DNA of 63,286 nucleotides, filler included, from 4 parts of 4 records of this genome joined end to end with filler, not necessarily neighbours in it; one strand, 5' to 3'; positions 38,270 to 49,233 are shown, counted from the whole stretch's first letter. Program-made: numbers and translations. Notes: generated from the sequence alone by a model not told the origin.

Positions 38270-39246
38270 TGCGTCGTTTTGCAACTGAGATGAAAGCCGG
38301 CGGCAAACTGGCCGGGATCGAATTCGGCGATCCGATCAAGCCCTTCGCGGCGGTCTGGATCCACGCCACCGGCTTCAATGCCATGACATACCAGTCCCTG
38401 CTGGCACCGCTTGGCCTGCGCCAGCGTGTGGCCGCGCTGGACATGCGCGGGCATGGCCGTTCGACCATGCCGACAAAACCGGGCCGCATGAAATCCTGGC
38501 ACCGCTACCGCGATGACGTGATCGAATGGCTTGAGAGGGAGGCGCCGCATGGCGTCGTGCTGAGCGGCCATTCCATGGGGGCGACCGTGGCGCTGCTGGT
38601 TGCCGGAAAGCGGCCTGACCTCGTCAAAGGCCTTGTGCTGGCCGACCCGGTGATCATGCCGCGCGTCTATTATTTCTGGAAACATGTCTTCCCGCCGGTC
38701 ACCTGGATCGCCAACCGGAACATGCTGGCGCGCGGCGCGAAGAAACGGCGGGCGGAGTTTCCGGCGTTCCGTGAGGCGCTGGAATCTTATAGCGGGCGCG
38801 GGGCGTTCACGACCTGGCGCGAGCCTTTCCTGGCAGACTATCTGCTCGACGGGATCGACCGGGTCGATCACAATGGCGCCCAGAGTGAGGATCAGGTCTG
38901 GCGTCTTACCTGTGAGCCGAAATGGGAAGCGGCAACATTCGCCGCCCAGCGGAACCAGCCCTGGCGGGCCCTCAGGAAAGTGCGCAAGCACAAGATCCCG
39001 ATCATCGTGTTGCGGCCCAACCGGTCTTCGGTGATCTCCCCGAAGGTGCGGGCACAGATCATCCTGATGAACCAGGCGCTGATGATGAAGGGCGTGCGCG
39101 GGACATCCCACTTCCTGCCGATGGAAGCGCCCTATGAAGTGCGCGATGCGCTGTCCGCCTTCATCGCGAGGCTGGTCGAGCGGTTTACGCTGGAAGAGGA
39201 TTCGGACGTGTCCCGCTCCCTCAGCGTCCGCCGCCGCAGGGCGTAG
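38269..39246 (+). CDS. alpha/beta hydrolase
   Basis: HATGF, DMRGHG, GHSMG nucleophile elbow, SHFLPME. Confidence 0.85.
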   Translation: MRRFATEMKAGGKLAGIEFGDPIKPFAAVWIHATGFNAMTYQSLLAPLGLRQRVAALDMRGHGRSTMPTKPGRMKSWHRYRDDVIEWLEREAPHGVVLSGHSMGATVALLVAGKRPDLVKGLVLADPVIMPRVYYFWKHVFPPVTWIANRNMLARGAKKRRAEFPAFREALESYSGRGAFTTWREPFLADYLLDGIDRVDHNGAQSEDQVWRLTCEPKWEAATFAAQRNQPWRALRKVRKHKIPIIVLRPNRSSVISPKVRAQIILMNQALMMKGVRGTSHFLPMEAPYEVRDALSAFIARLVERFTLEEDSDVSRSLSVRRRRA

Positions 39247-39255
39247 ATGCCGCCT

Positions 39256-39738
39256 TTACCAGAGCGGCCGGTCGGGGGAGGCCGACTTTGCCAGTTTCTC
39301 CATCAGGCGGGTCAGTTCCCGGCACTCCTCGGGCGTCAGCACGGATTCCAGCGCCTGTTCTTCTGAAATCGCCATCGGCACGATGTCGTCGTATACGGAT
39401 TTTCCGGCGGGTGTGAGAAACAGCATCGAGCGCCGCGCGTCCTCTTCAGAGGATTTCCGTTCCAGATAGCCAACCTCGATCAGCCCGGCGACGGCGCGGC
39501 TGACGGCGACCTTGTCCATTGCTGTGCGCTGGCCGATTTCTGTGGCGCTGATGCCCGGCGTATCTCCCGTCACTGCCATGACGCGCCACTGCCAGATCGA
39601 GAGGCCGAATTCGCGGTCGTAAAGCTCTGCGATTCGCCGCGAGATCGTGTTGGACAGTACGGACAGGCGATAGGGCAGGAACTCGCGAAGGCGCAGCTGA
39701 GGTGTCCGGGAGGGATCGGGCATGGTGGGTCCATTCAT
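39256..39738 (-). CDS. MarR family regulator divergent from hppD
   Basis: FLPYRLSVL, WRVM, MDKVAVSRAV, DARR..LT. Confidence 0.9.
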   Translation of the reverse strand: MNGPTMPDPSRTPQLRLREFLPYRLSVLSNTISRRIAELYDREFGLSIWQWRVMAVTGDTPGISATEIGQRTAMDKVAVSRAVAGLIEVGYLERKSSEEDARRSMLFLTPAGKSVYDDIVPMAISEEQALESVLTPEECRELTRLMEKLAKSASPDRPLW

Positions 39739-39759
39739 GCTTGCCTTGATGGCAATAAA

Positions 39760-39777
39760 TAGTTACATATGAAACTA
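39760..39777. promoter_or_regulatory. MarR operator between marR and hppD
   Basis: TAGTTACAT-ATGAAACTA, an 18-bp palindrome with one mismatch. Confidence 0.65.
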
Positions 39778-39807
39778 AATCTGATTATCGCAAGAGGGAG
39801 AGAACCC

Positions 39808-40795
39808 ATGGCCGACCTGTTTGACAACCCTGCAGGCCTCGACGGTTTCGAATTCATTGAGTTTTCAGCCCCGGAAAAAGGCGTGCTGGAGCCGGTGTTT
39901 GAGACCATGGGCTTCACCAAAGTCGCCCGTCACCGCTCGAAAGATGTCGAGCTCTGGCGCCAGGGCGGCATCAATCTGATTACCAATTACGAGCCGAAAT
40001 CGGCGGCCTGGTATTTCTCGCGCGAGCACGGGCCCTCTGCCTGCGGCATGGGCTTTCGCGTGCGCGATGCCCGCAAGGCCTACAAGCATTTGCTGGAGCA
40101 GGGCGCCGAGCCGGTGCACGTCCAGACAGGCCCGATGGAGCTGCACATACCCGGCATCCGCGGCATCGGCAATTCGATCATCTACCTCATCGACCGTTAT
40201 GGCGACGGGCTCGACATTTACGACATCGACTTCGAATACCTGCCGGAGGTGGAGAAGCACCCGGTCGGAGCTGGCTTCAAGCTGATCGATCACCTGACGC
40301 ACAATGTGTACGGCGGCCGCATGAAGTACTGGGCGGACTTCTATGAGAAGCTCTTCAACTTCCAGGAAATCCGCTATTTCGACATCAAGGGCGAATACAC
40401 CGGTCTGACCTCCAAGGCGCTGACGGCGCCGGACGGCAAGATCCGCATCCCGCTCAACGAAGAAGGTAAGAGCGGCGGCGGCCAGATCGAGGAGTTCCTG
40501 AGGGAGTTCAACGGCGAGGGCATCCAGCACATCGCCCTGATCTGCGACGATCTCTATGCCTGCTATGACAGCCTGAAGCAGAAGGGTGTGCCCTTCATGA
40601 CGGCGCCGCCGGCAGCCTATTACGAGATGCTCGACGAGCGCCTGCCGGGCCATGGCGAGGATGTCGAGGGGCTGAAATCCCGCGGCCTGCTGCTGGACGG
40701 CACCACTGAGGGCGGCCAGCCGCGCCTGCTGCTGCAGATCTTCGCCCAGGCCCAGATCGGCCCGGTCTTCTTCGAGTTCATCCAGCGCAAGGGCG
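39808..40795 (+). CDS. hppD: 4-hydroxyphenylpyruvate dioxygenase, 3' truncated
   Basis: [39 protein letters not shown]. Confidence 0.96.
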
Positions 40796-40895
40796 NNNNN
40801 NNNNNNNNNNNNNNNNNNNNNNNNNNNNNNNNNNNNNNNTTAATTAATTAANNNNNNNNNNNNNNNNNNNNNNNNNNNNNNNNNNNNNNNNNNNN
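40796..40895. other. artificial contig linker
   Basis: 44 N + TTAATTAATTAA + 44 N. Confidence 0.97.
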
Positions 40896-40937
40896 AATGA
40901 CCTCGCGCAGCGGGGGAAGGGTATCTATGGCGCTCAT
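40896..40937 (-). CDS. rsmA: 16S rRNA dimethyltransferase, N-terminal fragment
   Basis: Minus strand reads MSAIDTLPPLREVI up to the gap; conserved position after pdxA. Confidence 0.75.
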
Positions 40938-40985
40938 GGCTGTTCCATCACCGAATTTGCGGGCTTTGGCAAGCGCAGATGGCGC

Positions 40986-41975
40986 CTAGGGGTGATTGTG
41001 GGGGGCGCTCTGGCGGGCTTTGGCCATGTCAGCCGCCATGCGCAGCGCCGCAATCAGGCTGCTGGGGTTGGCCTGCCCACGCCCCGCGATATCGAATGCG
41101 GTGCCATGATCGGGCGATGTGCGCACAAAGGGCAACCCCAGGCTGACATTGACGCCATGATCGAAATCGATGGTTTTGATGGGGATCAGCGCTTGGTCGT
41201 GATACATGCAAATGGCCGCGTCATAATCGGCCCGCGCGCGGGCATGAAACATCGTATCGGCGGGCAGTGGGCCCAAGATATCGATGCCTTGCGCGCGCAT
41301 CTGCGCCAAAAGGGGTGCAATCCAGCGCAGCTCTTCCTGGCCCATGGCGCCGCCTTCGCCGGCATGGGGGTTTAGGCCTGCCACGGCGATGCGCGGCGCC
41401 TTTAGCCCAAAATCGCGGAGCAATGCCGCATGGGTGATGGTGATGGTCTGGCGCAGCAGATCAGGGGTAAGGGCCTGCGCCACCGCGCTGAGGGGAATGT
41501 GTATGGTGGCCGGCACCACCCGCAGGGCAGAACAGGCCAGCATCATCACAACCTCGCGCTGCCCCGCCAGATGCGCCAAAAATTCGGTATGCCCGGGAAA
41601 GGCAAAGCCCGCCCCATCTTGCAGGGCTTTTTTGTGAATGGGCGCGGTGCAAAGCGCGCTGGCCTGAGCGGTTTGCACAAACCCAACTGCCTGTTCGATA
41701 ACGGAAATCACATGGGCGGCATGGGCTGGGTTGGCGCGCCCGGGCGTGGCCGGCGGGCCGAAATCATGGGCCAGAACCGGCAGGCCTTGGGCCATGGCGG
41801 CGGCCGCTTGGGCGGGGGTGTCAATCAGCACAACGGGCGCATCTTGGGGCAGGTGGCGCGGATCGCCCAGCCAGAAAAACGCCAATTCATCCTTCAGGGC
41901 CTGCCATGCCAAGGGCGCCAATTCCGGGCCAATACCTGCAGGTTCGCCACAGGTTAACACCACGGGCTGGGTCAT
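40986..41975 (-). CDS. pdxA: 4-hydroxythreonine-4-phosphate dehydrogenase
   Basis: GEPAGIGPE, TAPIHK, GHTE, GLNPHAGE, MYHDQ, RTSPDHGTAFDIAG. Confidence 0.96.
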   Translation of the reverse strand: MTQPVVLTCGEPAGIGPELAPLAWQALKDELAFFWLGDPRHLPQDAPVVLIDTPAQAAAAMAQGLPVLAHDFGPPATPGRANPAHAAHVISVIEQAVGFVQTAQASALCTAPIHKKALQDGAGFAFPGHTEFLAHLAGQREVVMMLACSALRVVPATIHIPLSAVAQALTPDLLRQTITITHAALLRDFGLKAPRIAVAGLNPHAGEGGAMGQEELRWIAPLLAQMRAQGIDILGPLPADTMFHARARADYDAAICMYHDQALIPIKTIDFDHGVNVSLGLPFVRTSPDHGTAFDIAGRGQANPSSLIAALRMAADMAKARQSAPHNHP

Positions 41976-43210
41976 TGCGACACGATCACCGCATCCGCCC
42001 GCATTTGCGCCAGCGCGCTTTTTGCGTAGCTGGCCAAGCGCTGGTTGCGCAGCGACGACAGCACCGCCTGCCTGTCGGTTTCGACATCGACCGCAGGGGT
42101 GCGCCCGCACAGCATGACCAACAGCAGATCTTGGCCAGCGTTGCGCGTCAGGCTATACGACAGCTCGCCCGCGTCCAGCTTGGCCAATTCCAGCGCGATG
42201 TCATTTGCAATCTCGCCCGGTGCCGCGCTTTGGCGGGTCAGCCGATCGGCCGGGCTGGCGCGGCCCACGGCAAACAGATCGTCGCATGTGGCCACCTGGG
42301 CTGCAATTTCGGCGGCCTGGGCCAGGGTTTCGGGGCTGCGCCCGCCGGTCAGGCGGTAGGTGGCGTAATCGATCGCGGCATAGCTGGGCTGGGTGACGCC
42401 GGTTTCTTGGATATCGCGCAGCTGAAACAGGGCGATGGCCCCGTTCAGCGGCAGCGGCTCGCTAACCTCGCCCGGGGCCAGGGCCAAAAGAACCGGGCGC
42501 AGCTGCGGCGGCAATTGGGTAAGCGGCGTCCAATCCAACCGCCCGCCATTTTGCGCGCTGGGGGCGGCCGAAACCTGTGCTGCGGCCTGTGAAAAGGCCT
42601 GCACCGAGGTGAGTTTGCTGATTTGATCGGCAATTTCCGTAGCGGCCTGGGCATTTTCAGGGGTCAGCGGAATGATGATCTCCGAGACCAACACCCGCAC
42701 ATCGCTGCCTGCGGTAATGGCGCTGATGGCGCGGTCAATTTCAGCTTCGGTGATTTTCACGCGCGGGCCAAAGGCCTGCGACACATAGCGCCGCCACAAA
42801 AGCCCCGCCTGCACGAAATCACGAAATGTCTGCTCGGCCACGCCAGCGCTGGCAAGCACATCGATAAAATCCTGTGCCGCCATGCCCGAGCGCCCGGCAA
42901 ATTCCTCCATTCCGGTTTCGATCTCGACCTGCTCTAGCTCGAACCCTGCCGCGGTGGCGGCCTGGGTTTGCAGCCGCTCATCGATCAATTGCTCGCGCGC
43001 CAGGTTGCGCACATCGCCCGGGGCGCGCAGCAGTTGCAGCATCAGGCTGCGTTGATCCAGCTCGAATTTGGTGATGACCTTGTCATTGACCTTGATTGCA
43101 GGCGCAAACAGGCCCTGCGCCTGCGCGGGCAGGGGGGCCAAAATGGCGGACGCGCCGGCAAACAACGCCATGGCTGCGGCAAGGGCAAAGCGGCGAAGTG
43201 GGTAGGTCAT
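41972..43210 (-). CDS. surA: SurA-like periplasmic chaperone/PPIase
   Basis: Signal peptide, VNDKVIT, LIDERL, parvulin-like GGRLDW; lies between lptD and pdxA. Confidence 0.85.
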   Translation of the reverse strand: MTYPLRRFALAAAMALFAGASAILAPLPAQAQGLFAPAIKVNDKVITKFELDQRSLMLQLLRAPGDVRNLAREQLIDERLQTQAATAAGFELEQVEIETGMEEFAGRSGMAAQDFIDVLASAGVAEQTFRDFVQAGLLWRRYVSQAFGPRVKITEAEIDRAISAITAGSDVRVLVSEIIIPLTPENAQAATEIADQISKLTSVQAFSQAAAQVSAAPSAQNGGRLDWTPLTQLPPQLRPVLLALAPGEVSEPLPLNGAIALFQLRDIQETGVTQPSYAAIDYATYRLTGGRSPETLAQAAEIAAQVATCDDLFAVGRASPADRLTRQSAAPGEIANDIALELAKLDAGELSYSLTRNAGQDLLLVMLCGRTPAVDVETDRQAVLSSLRNQRLASYAKSALAQMRADAVIVSQ

Positions 43211-43215
43211 ATCGG

Positions 43216-45402
43216 TCAGTTCCTGCAAGTTCTGGCAAAGTTTTCGGTTTCTGTGCGGGCTGAAAAGCCCTCGATCCCGATTGTAAGGCCAATCTCGGTG
43301 GATGGTTCAATGATAGAAGACGAGGTATAACGCCGCGACAGGGAAAGGTTCAAGCGCAAGCATTCGTTACGGTATTCCAGCCCAACGCCTGCCTCGGCTG
43401 TGCGATCGTCGAATAAATCATAGCGCCAATTTGCATCGGTTTTCCAGTGGCGTGCCACCTGGTAGCTGCTGGCCAGCAACACCTCGGAAATGGCTTTGCT
43501 TCGGGCCTCGGCCGGGTCTTCCATCAGCCAAAGATAGCTGGCGCCCAATTCCAGCTTGGGCGTGGCCCAGGCCAGGCGCGCCTCGGCTTTGGTTAAATCG
43601 ACCCCATCCCACAGGGTGCGCCCGGTAAAGCTGATCTTGTCTTTGCGCAGCTGCCAGGCCGCCAATAGATCCGACCATTGGCCCTGCAGGCCCGAGCTGT
43701 TGGAAAAATCGGTGTTGTCTTGGCGCCGCACCACCTGGCCCAGGGTTAGCGCCGTGTCCCAACCGCCCGATGCCACACGCCGCCATGCCACGCCATAGGC
43801 CAGGGTTGCCCCCCGCTCGACCCGGTCGCGGGCGGGAAAGCGCGACAGCGACAGCAGATTGCCCTCGTCAAATTCCACAAGCGTGCTTTCCTCGTTGGGC
43901 ACATTGGGCGTGCTGCCGCCCACCCAGCCCAGCGCCGCCACGGGCTCTAGCGTTTGCAAGCTGCCATCCGCGGCCGTTTTCAAAAGCGGCCAGCGCAGCG
44001 CCAGCGCAGCCTTTGGGCTGATCACGCTGTCGCGGCTGATTGATGTGCTGTCTTGATCTACCAGATAGCTGTCGAAATCGACGCCCAAAGACAGGCTGCC
44101 GCGCAGGCCCGCCCACAGCGTTTTGCTGTTGTGCCAATCCAGCCCGATATTGGCGCGGCGGATGTCGCGGCCATCGATATCGGCATCAGAATAGCGGTGA
44201 TGGCCCACCATCGAAAGGCGCGTGCGCAGCTCGCCGCCCAGGGCCGTGGGGAAATGCCGCCGCTCTAGCGTGATATCGCCCTGCAGCGTGGGGGTGTTTG
44301 TGGTGGTTTCATCATCGCGCAAACTTTGGAACGACAGCAGCTCGGCCTGAAAAAACTGATCACGCTTGGTGCGTGACAGCGAAATTTCCGATGGCAGGCG
44401 GTCTTCGTTGCCATAGGCATAATCGACCATATAGGTGCGATCGCTGGTGGTTTTCAGCTTGAACGCCAGTTGAAAATCATGGGGCAGGGCAAACTGGCCC
44501 TCGCCAAAGACATAGCCGCGCGCATCGGGTTTCAGCGTATCATCAGAAAACGCGCCATTGAACGTGATCTGGCCATTGCTGAATGCCTGCCGGTAGCGCC
44601 ATTCCAGGGTGCGGGTTTGTGGCGTAAGATAGGGTGTCAGCGTCAGGTCGCGATGCGGGGTGAGGGCAAAGAAATAGGGTATTTTCACGCCCGCGCCCAA
44701 CCGCGAGCTTTGCCGCGTTGAGGGAAACAAAAAGCCGCTTGCGCGTTTCAACGAGGGGTCGGGCAGGCGCAAACGCGGCAGCCAGAAAATGGGCGTGCCT
44801 TTCAGGCGCACCTGCGCGTCTTCGAAATAGATCTGTTTTTCGACACTGTCATGAATGACGCGGCGCGCGCGGATCTGCCATAGGGGCGTGCTGCCATCGG
44901 TGCAAATACGGCACGATGTGACCGAGGCTTTGTATAGTTGCGTATAGCGGCCATCGACGCGATCGATACGATTGGCCGCCATTTGCACCTGTTGATCCAA
45001 AATCATCCGCGCGCCGCGCAACAGGCCATTGGCAAATTGTTCGTCTAATTGCGCGCTGTCAGCCATCAGAACGCTATTGGTGCCTTGGGTCAGCACCACA
45101 GGCCCCTCGAGCACCAGCTGGCCTTGGCGGCGATCATAGGTGATTTTGGTGGCCGACAGGCGCTGGGTGCCAAAAAATGCCTCGACATTGCCTTGGGCCA
45201 CCAGCATGTCGCGCCCCTCGACGCTAACGCGATCGGCCACCAAAATGGCATCTTGGGCGGCGGCATCCATAGCATCGGTTGGGGCAGTTTGGGGCAAGCT
45301 GGTCTGTGCCAAAGCCCCCCGTTGCGCGGGTATCAGGGCGCAGAAAAGCGCCAGCATCAGGGCCAGGGCTGGGGGCAAGAAAAGGGGCCGAAACTGTGGC
45401 AT
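43216..45402 (-). CDS. lptD: LPS assembly protein LptD
   Basis: TSCRIC..PLWQIRA, PDPSLKRASGFL, YRNEC and a C-terminal Cys; synteny. Confidence 0.92.
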   Translation of the reverse strand: MPQFRPLFLPPALALMLALFCALIPAQRGALAQTSLPQTAPTDAMDAAAQDAILVADRVSVEGRDMLVAQGNVEAFFGTQRLSATKITYDRRQGQLVLEGPVVLTQGTNSVLMADSAQLDEQFANGLLRGARMILDQQVQMAANRIDRVDGRYTQLYKASVTSCRICTDGSTPLWQIRARRVIHDSVEKQIYFEDAQVRLKGTPIFWLPRLRLPDPSLKRASGFLFPSTRQSSRLGAGVKIPYFFALTPHRDLTLTPYLTPQTRTLEWRYRQAFSNGQITFNGAFSDDTLKPDARGYVFGEGQFALPHDFQLAFKLKTTSDRTYMVDYAYGNEDRLPSEISLSRTKRDQFFQAELLSFQSLRDDETTTNTPTLQGDITLERRHFPTALGGELRTRLSMVGHHRYSDADIDGRDIRRANIGLDWHNSKTLWAGLRGSLSLGVDFDSYLVDQDSTSISRDSVISPKAALALRWPLLKTAADGSLQTLEPVAALGWVGGSTPNVPNEESTLVEFDEGNLLSLSRFPARDRVERGATLAYGVAWRRVASGGWDTALTLGQVVRRQDNTDFSNSSGLQGQWSDLLAAWQLRKDKISFTGRTLWDGVDLTKAEARLAWATPKLELGASYLWLMEDPAEARSKAISEVLLASSYQVARHWKTDANWRYDLFDDRTAEAGVGLEYRNECLRLNLSLSRRYTSSSIIEPSTEIGLTIGIEGFSARTETENFARTCRN

Positions 45403-46499
45403 TACGCCTCCTCTTGATGCAAAACGATGCCAAGGCCCAGCAACAATGCCGCGATACTGGGGGCCCAGCCTGCCAAGACCACCGGAACCTGGCCATTTTC
45501 GCCCAAGATTTGCGCGAAATTGCGAATATAATACAGGCCAAAGCCCAGCAAAACCGCGCTGAGCACGGCAATGCCTGTGCGCCCCGACCGGGCATGGCGC
45601 ATGGTAAAGGCGGCCGCCACCAGCAAAAGCGCCAGGAAAAACACCGGCCGCGCCAATTCCATATGCAGCCACACAGCATGGCGGCGCGCCGAAAACCCGG
45701 CCTGTTCCAGCTGGGTGATAAAGGCGGGCAGCTCCCATATGGGTATCATCGATGGGTCGCCGAAACTGTCGCGAATGCCATCTTGGGTTAATTCCGAGGT
45801 CACGGTGTATTCGGGCAAAACCTGCGCCAGCGCTTCGGGGTTTTGTCCCGCAGCCAAAGGCCATAATTTCACCTGTTGCAGATGCCAGGCGCCCGGTTCC
45901 AGCCGGGCGGTTGCGGCCTCGATCCGGCGTTCGGGGCTGCCATCGGCGCCAAAGGACAAAAACGTGACATCATAAAGCGCCGCCCCATCCACGCCTGCAC
46001 GTTGCGCGCGGATCACGGTTTGGCCATTGGCATCGGCCTGGCGCAGCCACAGCCCCTGTGACGAGATCGAAAACACCGCCTCGCGCCCGGTTAAATACCG
46101 CTCGTCCAATGTGTTGAACCGTTTTGAGGTGGCAGCCACGATGGGGTTAAACACCGCAATCGTGAACACACCCGCCAGCACCGCCACCAGCGCAGGCGCG
46201 ATCAACGCCACCAGCCCCGACCGCCCCGCCGCGCGCGTCACCACCAGCTCGCTTGATCGTGACAGGCCCAAAAACAGCGTGACGGTGGATAAGATCATCA
46301 CCAACGGCAGCATTTGATAAAGGCCCGCGGGCGCGTTTAGCAATGTCAGGCCGAAAACCTCGCCAAAGCTGGTGCCGCTCGAGGCATGGCGGCGGGTTTG
46401 CTCGACCAGATCAATCAAGGTGATCAGCAGGAAAAACAGCCCCAAAAGCCCCATAAAAATCAGGGCAAAACGGCGGGCAAAGTAAAAATGCAGCGTCAT
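45402..46499 (-). CDS. lptG: LPS export permease LptG
   Basis: MTLHFYFARRF, SSELVVTRAAGRS, GLWLRQ. Confidence 0.9.
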   Translation of the reverse strand: MTLHFYFARRFALIFMGLLGLFFLLITLIDLVEQTRRHASSGTSFGEVFGLTLLNAPAGLYQMLPLVMILSTVTLFLGLSRSSELVVTRAAGRSGLVALIAPALVAVLAGVFTIAVFNPIVAATSKRFNTLDERYLTGREAVFSISSQGLWLRQADANGQTVIRAQRAGVDGAALYDVTFLSFGADGSPERRIEAATARLEPGAWHLQQVKLWPLAAGQNPEALAQVLPEYTVTSELTQDGIRDSFGDPSMIPIWELPAFITQLEQAGFSARRHAVWLHMELARPVFFLALLLVAAAFTMRHARSGRTGIAVLSAVLLGFGLYYIRNFAQILGENGQVPVVLAGWAPSIAALLLGLGIVLHQEEA

Positions 46500-47641
46500 G
46501 TGGCCCCCATTTCCGCGGGGGGCTCGGGCCGGGCGCGCAGGGGTTTGCGGCGGGGGCGCGCCACGATGGCCAGCAAGGCCGCGCTGATCGCCAGCCCCAC
46601 GATGGTTGGCAGATAGATCAGCGGCCAAAACGCAGGGTCTGCGCGCACGGGCGCTGCCACCACGCCCTCGATCATCTTCACAATCACCAGCAGCACCAGC
46701 GCCGCCACGATCTGCCGCCACACCCCAAAGCGCGAGAAATTGCCCAAAAGCAGCGTAGAGAAGCCGATCAAGGCCGCCACGATGCACAGCAGGGGCTGCT
46801 GAAACCGCGCATGCAGCAATTCCGCAGCGCGGCCCGGGCTTTGCTGGGTGGCGGTGACGGTGGCGGCATAATTGGCCAGGATCTGGTGGGTTGAAAGGTG
46901 CTGAAATTGCGGCGATTCTGCCTGCATTCCGGTGAATAATGCGCTGATATCATGGGCAAATTCGCTGAAATGCGTGGTAAACAGCCGGGTTGTTTTGGCG
47001 CTATATGATTGTGATAGCCCCTCAACCATCAACAGCGTGACGCGCCCGTCGTCTTTCACCAGATAGGCGCGCGCGGCGGAATAGGTAATAGGCTCGGCCG
47101 GTTTTCGTGCATCGTGCAAAAACACATCGCGCAGCTCGCCCTCGGGGGTGATGGCGCGGATATAAAAGGTAACACCCGTCGCCGGGTGCAAAAACGTGCC
47201 CTCGCTGAGCAGCCGCGCGGTGACGTCTTGGGCGATGTCACGCTCGCGCGATTTTAGCTGCGCCAGGCTGGCGGGCACCAAAACATGGCTCAACAGCGAC
47301 ATAAACAGCGCCACCAGCACCCCGTAATAGGCCACAGGCCGCGCCAGTCGCCAGGGGCTAAAGCCGGTGGCCTGCATCACCACCAGCTCGCTATCGCTGC
47401 TGAGGCGGTTTGTGACGTACACGGCGCCCGCAAACACCGACATGGGCAAGACCAGCTGCATCACATTTGGCAATGTCAGCGCGGTCAGCTCTAGAAAGAC
47501 CAGCGCTGATTGGCCATCGCCAATCAGACGGTCAAACAGCCGCACCGCTTGGTTGATCCAGTATATGGATACCAATACGAGGGCGAAAAACCCAAACAGC
47601 ATCATGAGCTGCGACAGCATATACCTGTCGAATCTTGACAA
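46496..47641 (-). CDS. lptF: LPS export permease LptF
   Basis: SRFDRYMLSQL, RLSSDSELVVMQATG. Confidence 0.9.
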   Translation of the reverse strand: MSRFDRYMLSQLMMLFGFFALVLVSIYWINQAVRLFDRLIGDGQSALVFLELTALTLPNVMQLVLPMSVFAGAVYVTNRLSSDSELVVMQATGFSPWRLARPVAYYGVLVALFMSLLSHVLVPASLAQLKSRERDIAQDVTARLLSEGTFLHPATGVTFYIRAITPEGELRDVFLHDARKPAEPITYSAARAYLVKDDGRVTLLMVEGLSQSYSAKTTRLFTTHFSEFAHDISALFTGMQAESPQFQHLSTHQILANYAATVTATQQSPGRAAELLHARFQQPLLCIVAALIGFSTLLLGNFSRFGVWRQIVAALVLLVIVKMIEGVVAAPVRADPAFWPLIYLPTIVGLAISAALLAIVARPRRKPLRARPEPPAEMGAT

Positions 47642-47761
47642 CCTATCCCCCGTGGCAGCGGTTAACCTGTTGTTACAGGATCAGGCGGGCAGGGCAAACT
47701 ACTATCTGGCCAAGCTGGGCCATGCGCGCTAGGTATCGCCTGAAACAGGGAGAAAACAGCC

Positions 47762-49231
47762 ATGACGCAACCGCAAGATATCGCCTTTGTCGAGACCCAG
47801 CTGGATGAGCTGGCGCAGGTGGCCGGGCGTATCGCCGCCATTGCCCCGCCTGATGGCAAGATGGATGCGGGGCTGCGCCGGCTGAACCGGCTGTGCAAAG
47901 GCGCTGTTGCGCGGGTGTTGGCGGGCAGCACTTGGGCCGAGGCCAAGCCCGGCGATATCACCACGCTGGAAATGCCCGTGGGCCTCGAGGCGGTGGCGCT
48001 GGATCTGGTGTGTTTGCCGCGCAGGCCCACCCAGGCCCAGGCGCGGCGTGCGGGCGCGCAACTGGCCAAGCGGCAGGGCGCCCAGCCGCTGTTGGTGCTG
48101 GCCGGTGCAACCATGCGCATATCAGAATTGGCACTGGGCCTGGCGCTGCGCGGCTATACCTTTGATACCCATCGCAAAACACCCGCCAAACGCGGGCAGG
48201 GCGCGCGCATCATGTGCACCCGCCCCGATCTGGCACAGGCCAATGCCGCGCCGCTGATGGCCATGGCCGAGGGGGTGTTTTTCACCCGCGATCTAACCAA
48301 CGAGCCCGCCAATGTGCTGACCACCACGGAATTTGCCGCGCGTCTGCAGGCGATGGCCGATCTGGGCCTGAAAATCGAGGTGCTGGACGAGCCGGATTTG
48401 GAGCAGCTGGGCATGGGCAGCTTTTTGTCTGTCGGCCAAGGCAGCGCCAGCCCCACAAAGCTGGTCGTGATGCAATGGCAGGGCGGCCCGAAAGACCAGG
48501 CACCACTGGCGCTGGTGGGCAAGGGCGTGGTGTTTGATACGGGCGGCATCAGCCTAAAGCCCGCCGCCGGCATGGAAGATATGACCATGGATATGGGCGG
48601 CGCGGGCGTGGTGGCCGGCGTGATGCGCAGCTTGGCGCTGCGCGGGGCCAAGGCCAATGTGGTGGGTTTGGTTGGGCTGGTGGAAAACATGCCTTCGGGC
48701 ACCGCCACACGCCCCGGCGATGTGGTGCGCAGCATGAAGGGTGACACGATCGAGGTGATCAACACCGATGCCGAGGGGCGTTTGGTGCTGGCCGATGTGC
48801 TGTGGTATGCGCAAGAGCGGTTTTCCCCCTGCGCCATGGTCGATCTGGCCACGCTGACGGGGGCCTGCATTATTGCGCTTGGTCATGAAAACGCCGCCGT
48901 CTTTGGCAATGATGATGCCTTTGCCAACCGGTTTCTAAAGGCCGCCCAGGCCGAGGGCGAAGGCGCCTGGCGGCTGCCTTTGGGCCAGGCCTATGACGAT
49001 CTGATCAAAAGCCGGATTGCCGATATGAAAAACACCGGCGGCCGGGCGGCGGGCTCGATCACGGCGGCGCAATTTCTGCAGCGCTTTGTCAAGCCTGACA
49101 TGCCCTGGATCCATTTGGATATTGCCGGCGTGGCCAGCGTAAAATCGGAAACCGCACTGGCACCGCAGGGCGCCACGGGCTGGGGCGTTTTGGCGCTGAA
49201 CCGGCTGGTGCAGGAGATGCTAGAGGCATAA
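47762..49231 (+). CDS. pepA: leucyl aminopeptidase (M17)
   Basis: GKGVVFDTGG, DMGG, NTDAEGRL, DLATLTGA, HLDIAG. Confidence 0.95.
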   Translation: MTQPQDIAFVETQLDELAQVAGRIAAIAPPDGKMDAGLRRLNRLCKGAVARVLAGSTWAEAKPGDITTLEMPVGLEAVALDLVCLPRRPTQAQARRAGAQLAKRQGAQPLLVLAGATMRISELALGLALRGYTFDTHRKTPAKRGQGARIMCTRPDLAQANAAPLMAMAEGVFFTRDLTNEPANVLTTTEFAARLQAMADLGLKIEVLDEPDLEQLGMGSFLSVGQGSASPTKLVVMQWQGGPKDQAPLALVGKGVVFDTGGISLKPAAGMEDMTMDMGGAGVVAGVMRSLALRGAKANVVGLVGLVENMPSGTATRPGDVVRSMKGDTIEVINTDAEGRLVLADVLWYAQERFSPCAMVDLATLTGACIIALGHENAAVFGNDDAFANRFLKAAQAEGEGAWRLPLGQAYDDLIKSRIADMKNTGGRAAGSITAAQFLQRFVKPDMPWIHLDIAGVASVKSETALAPQGATGWGVLALNRLVQEMLEA

Positions 49232-49233
49232 CC

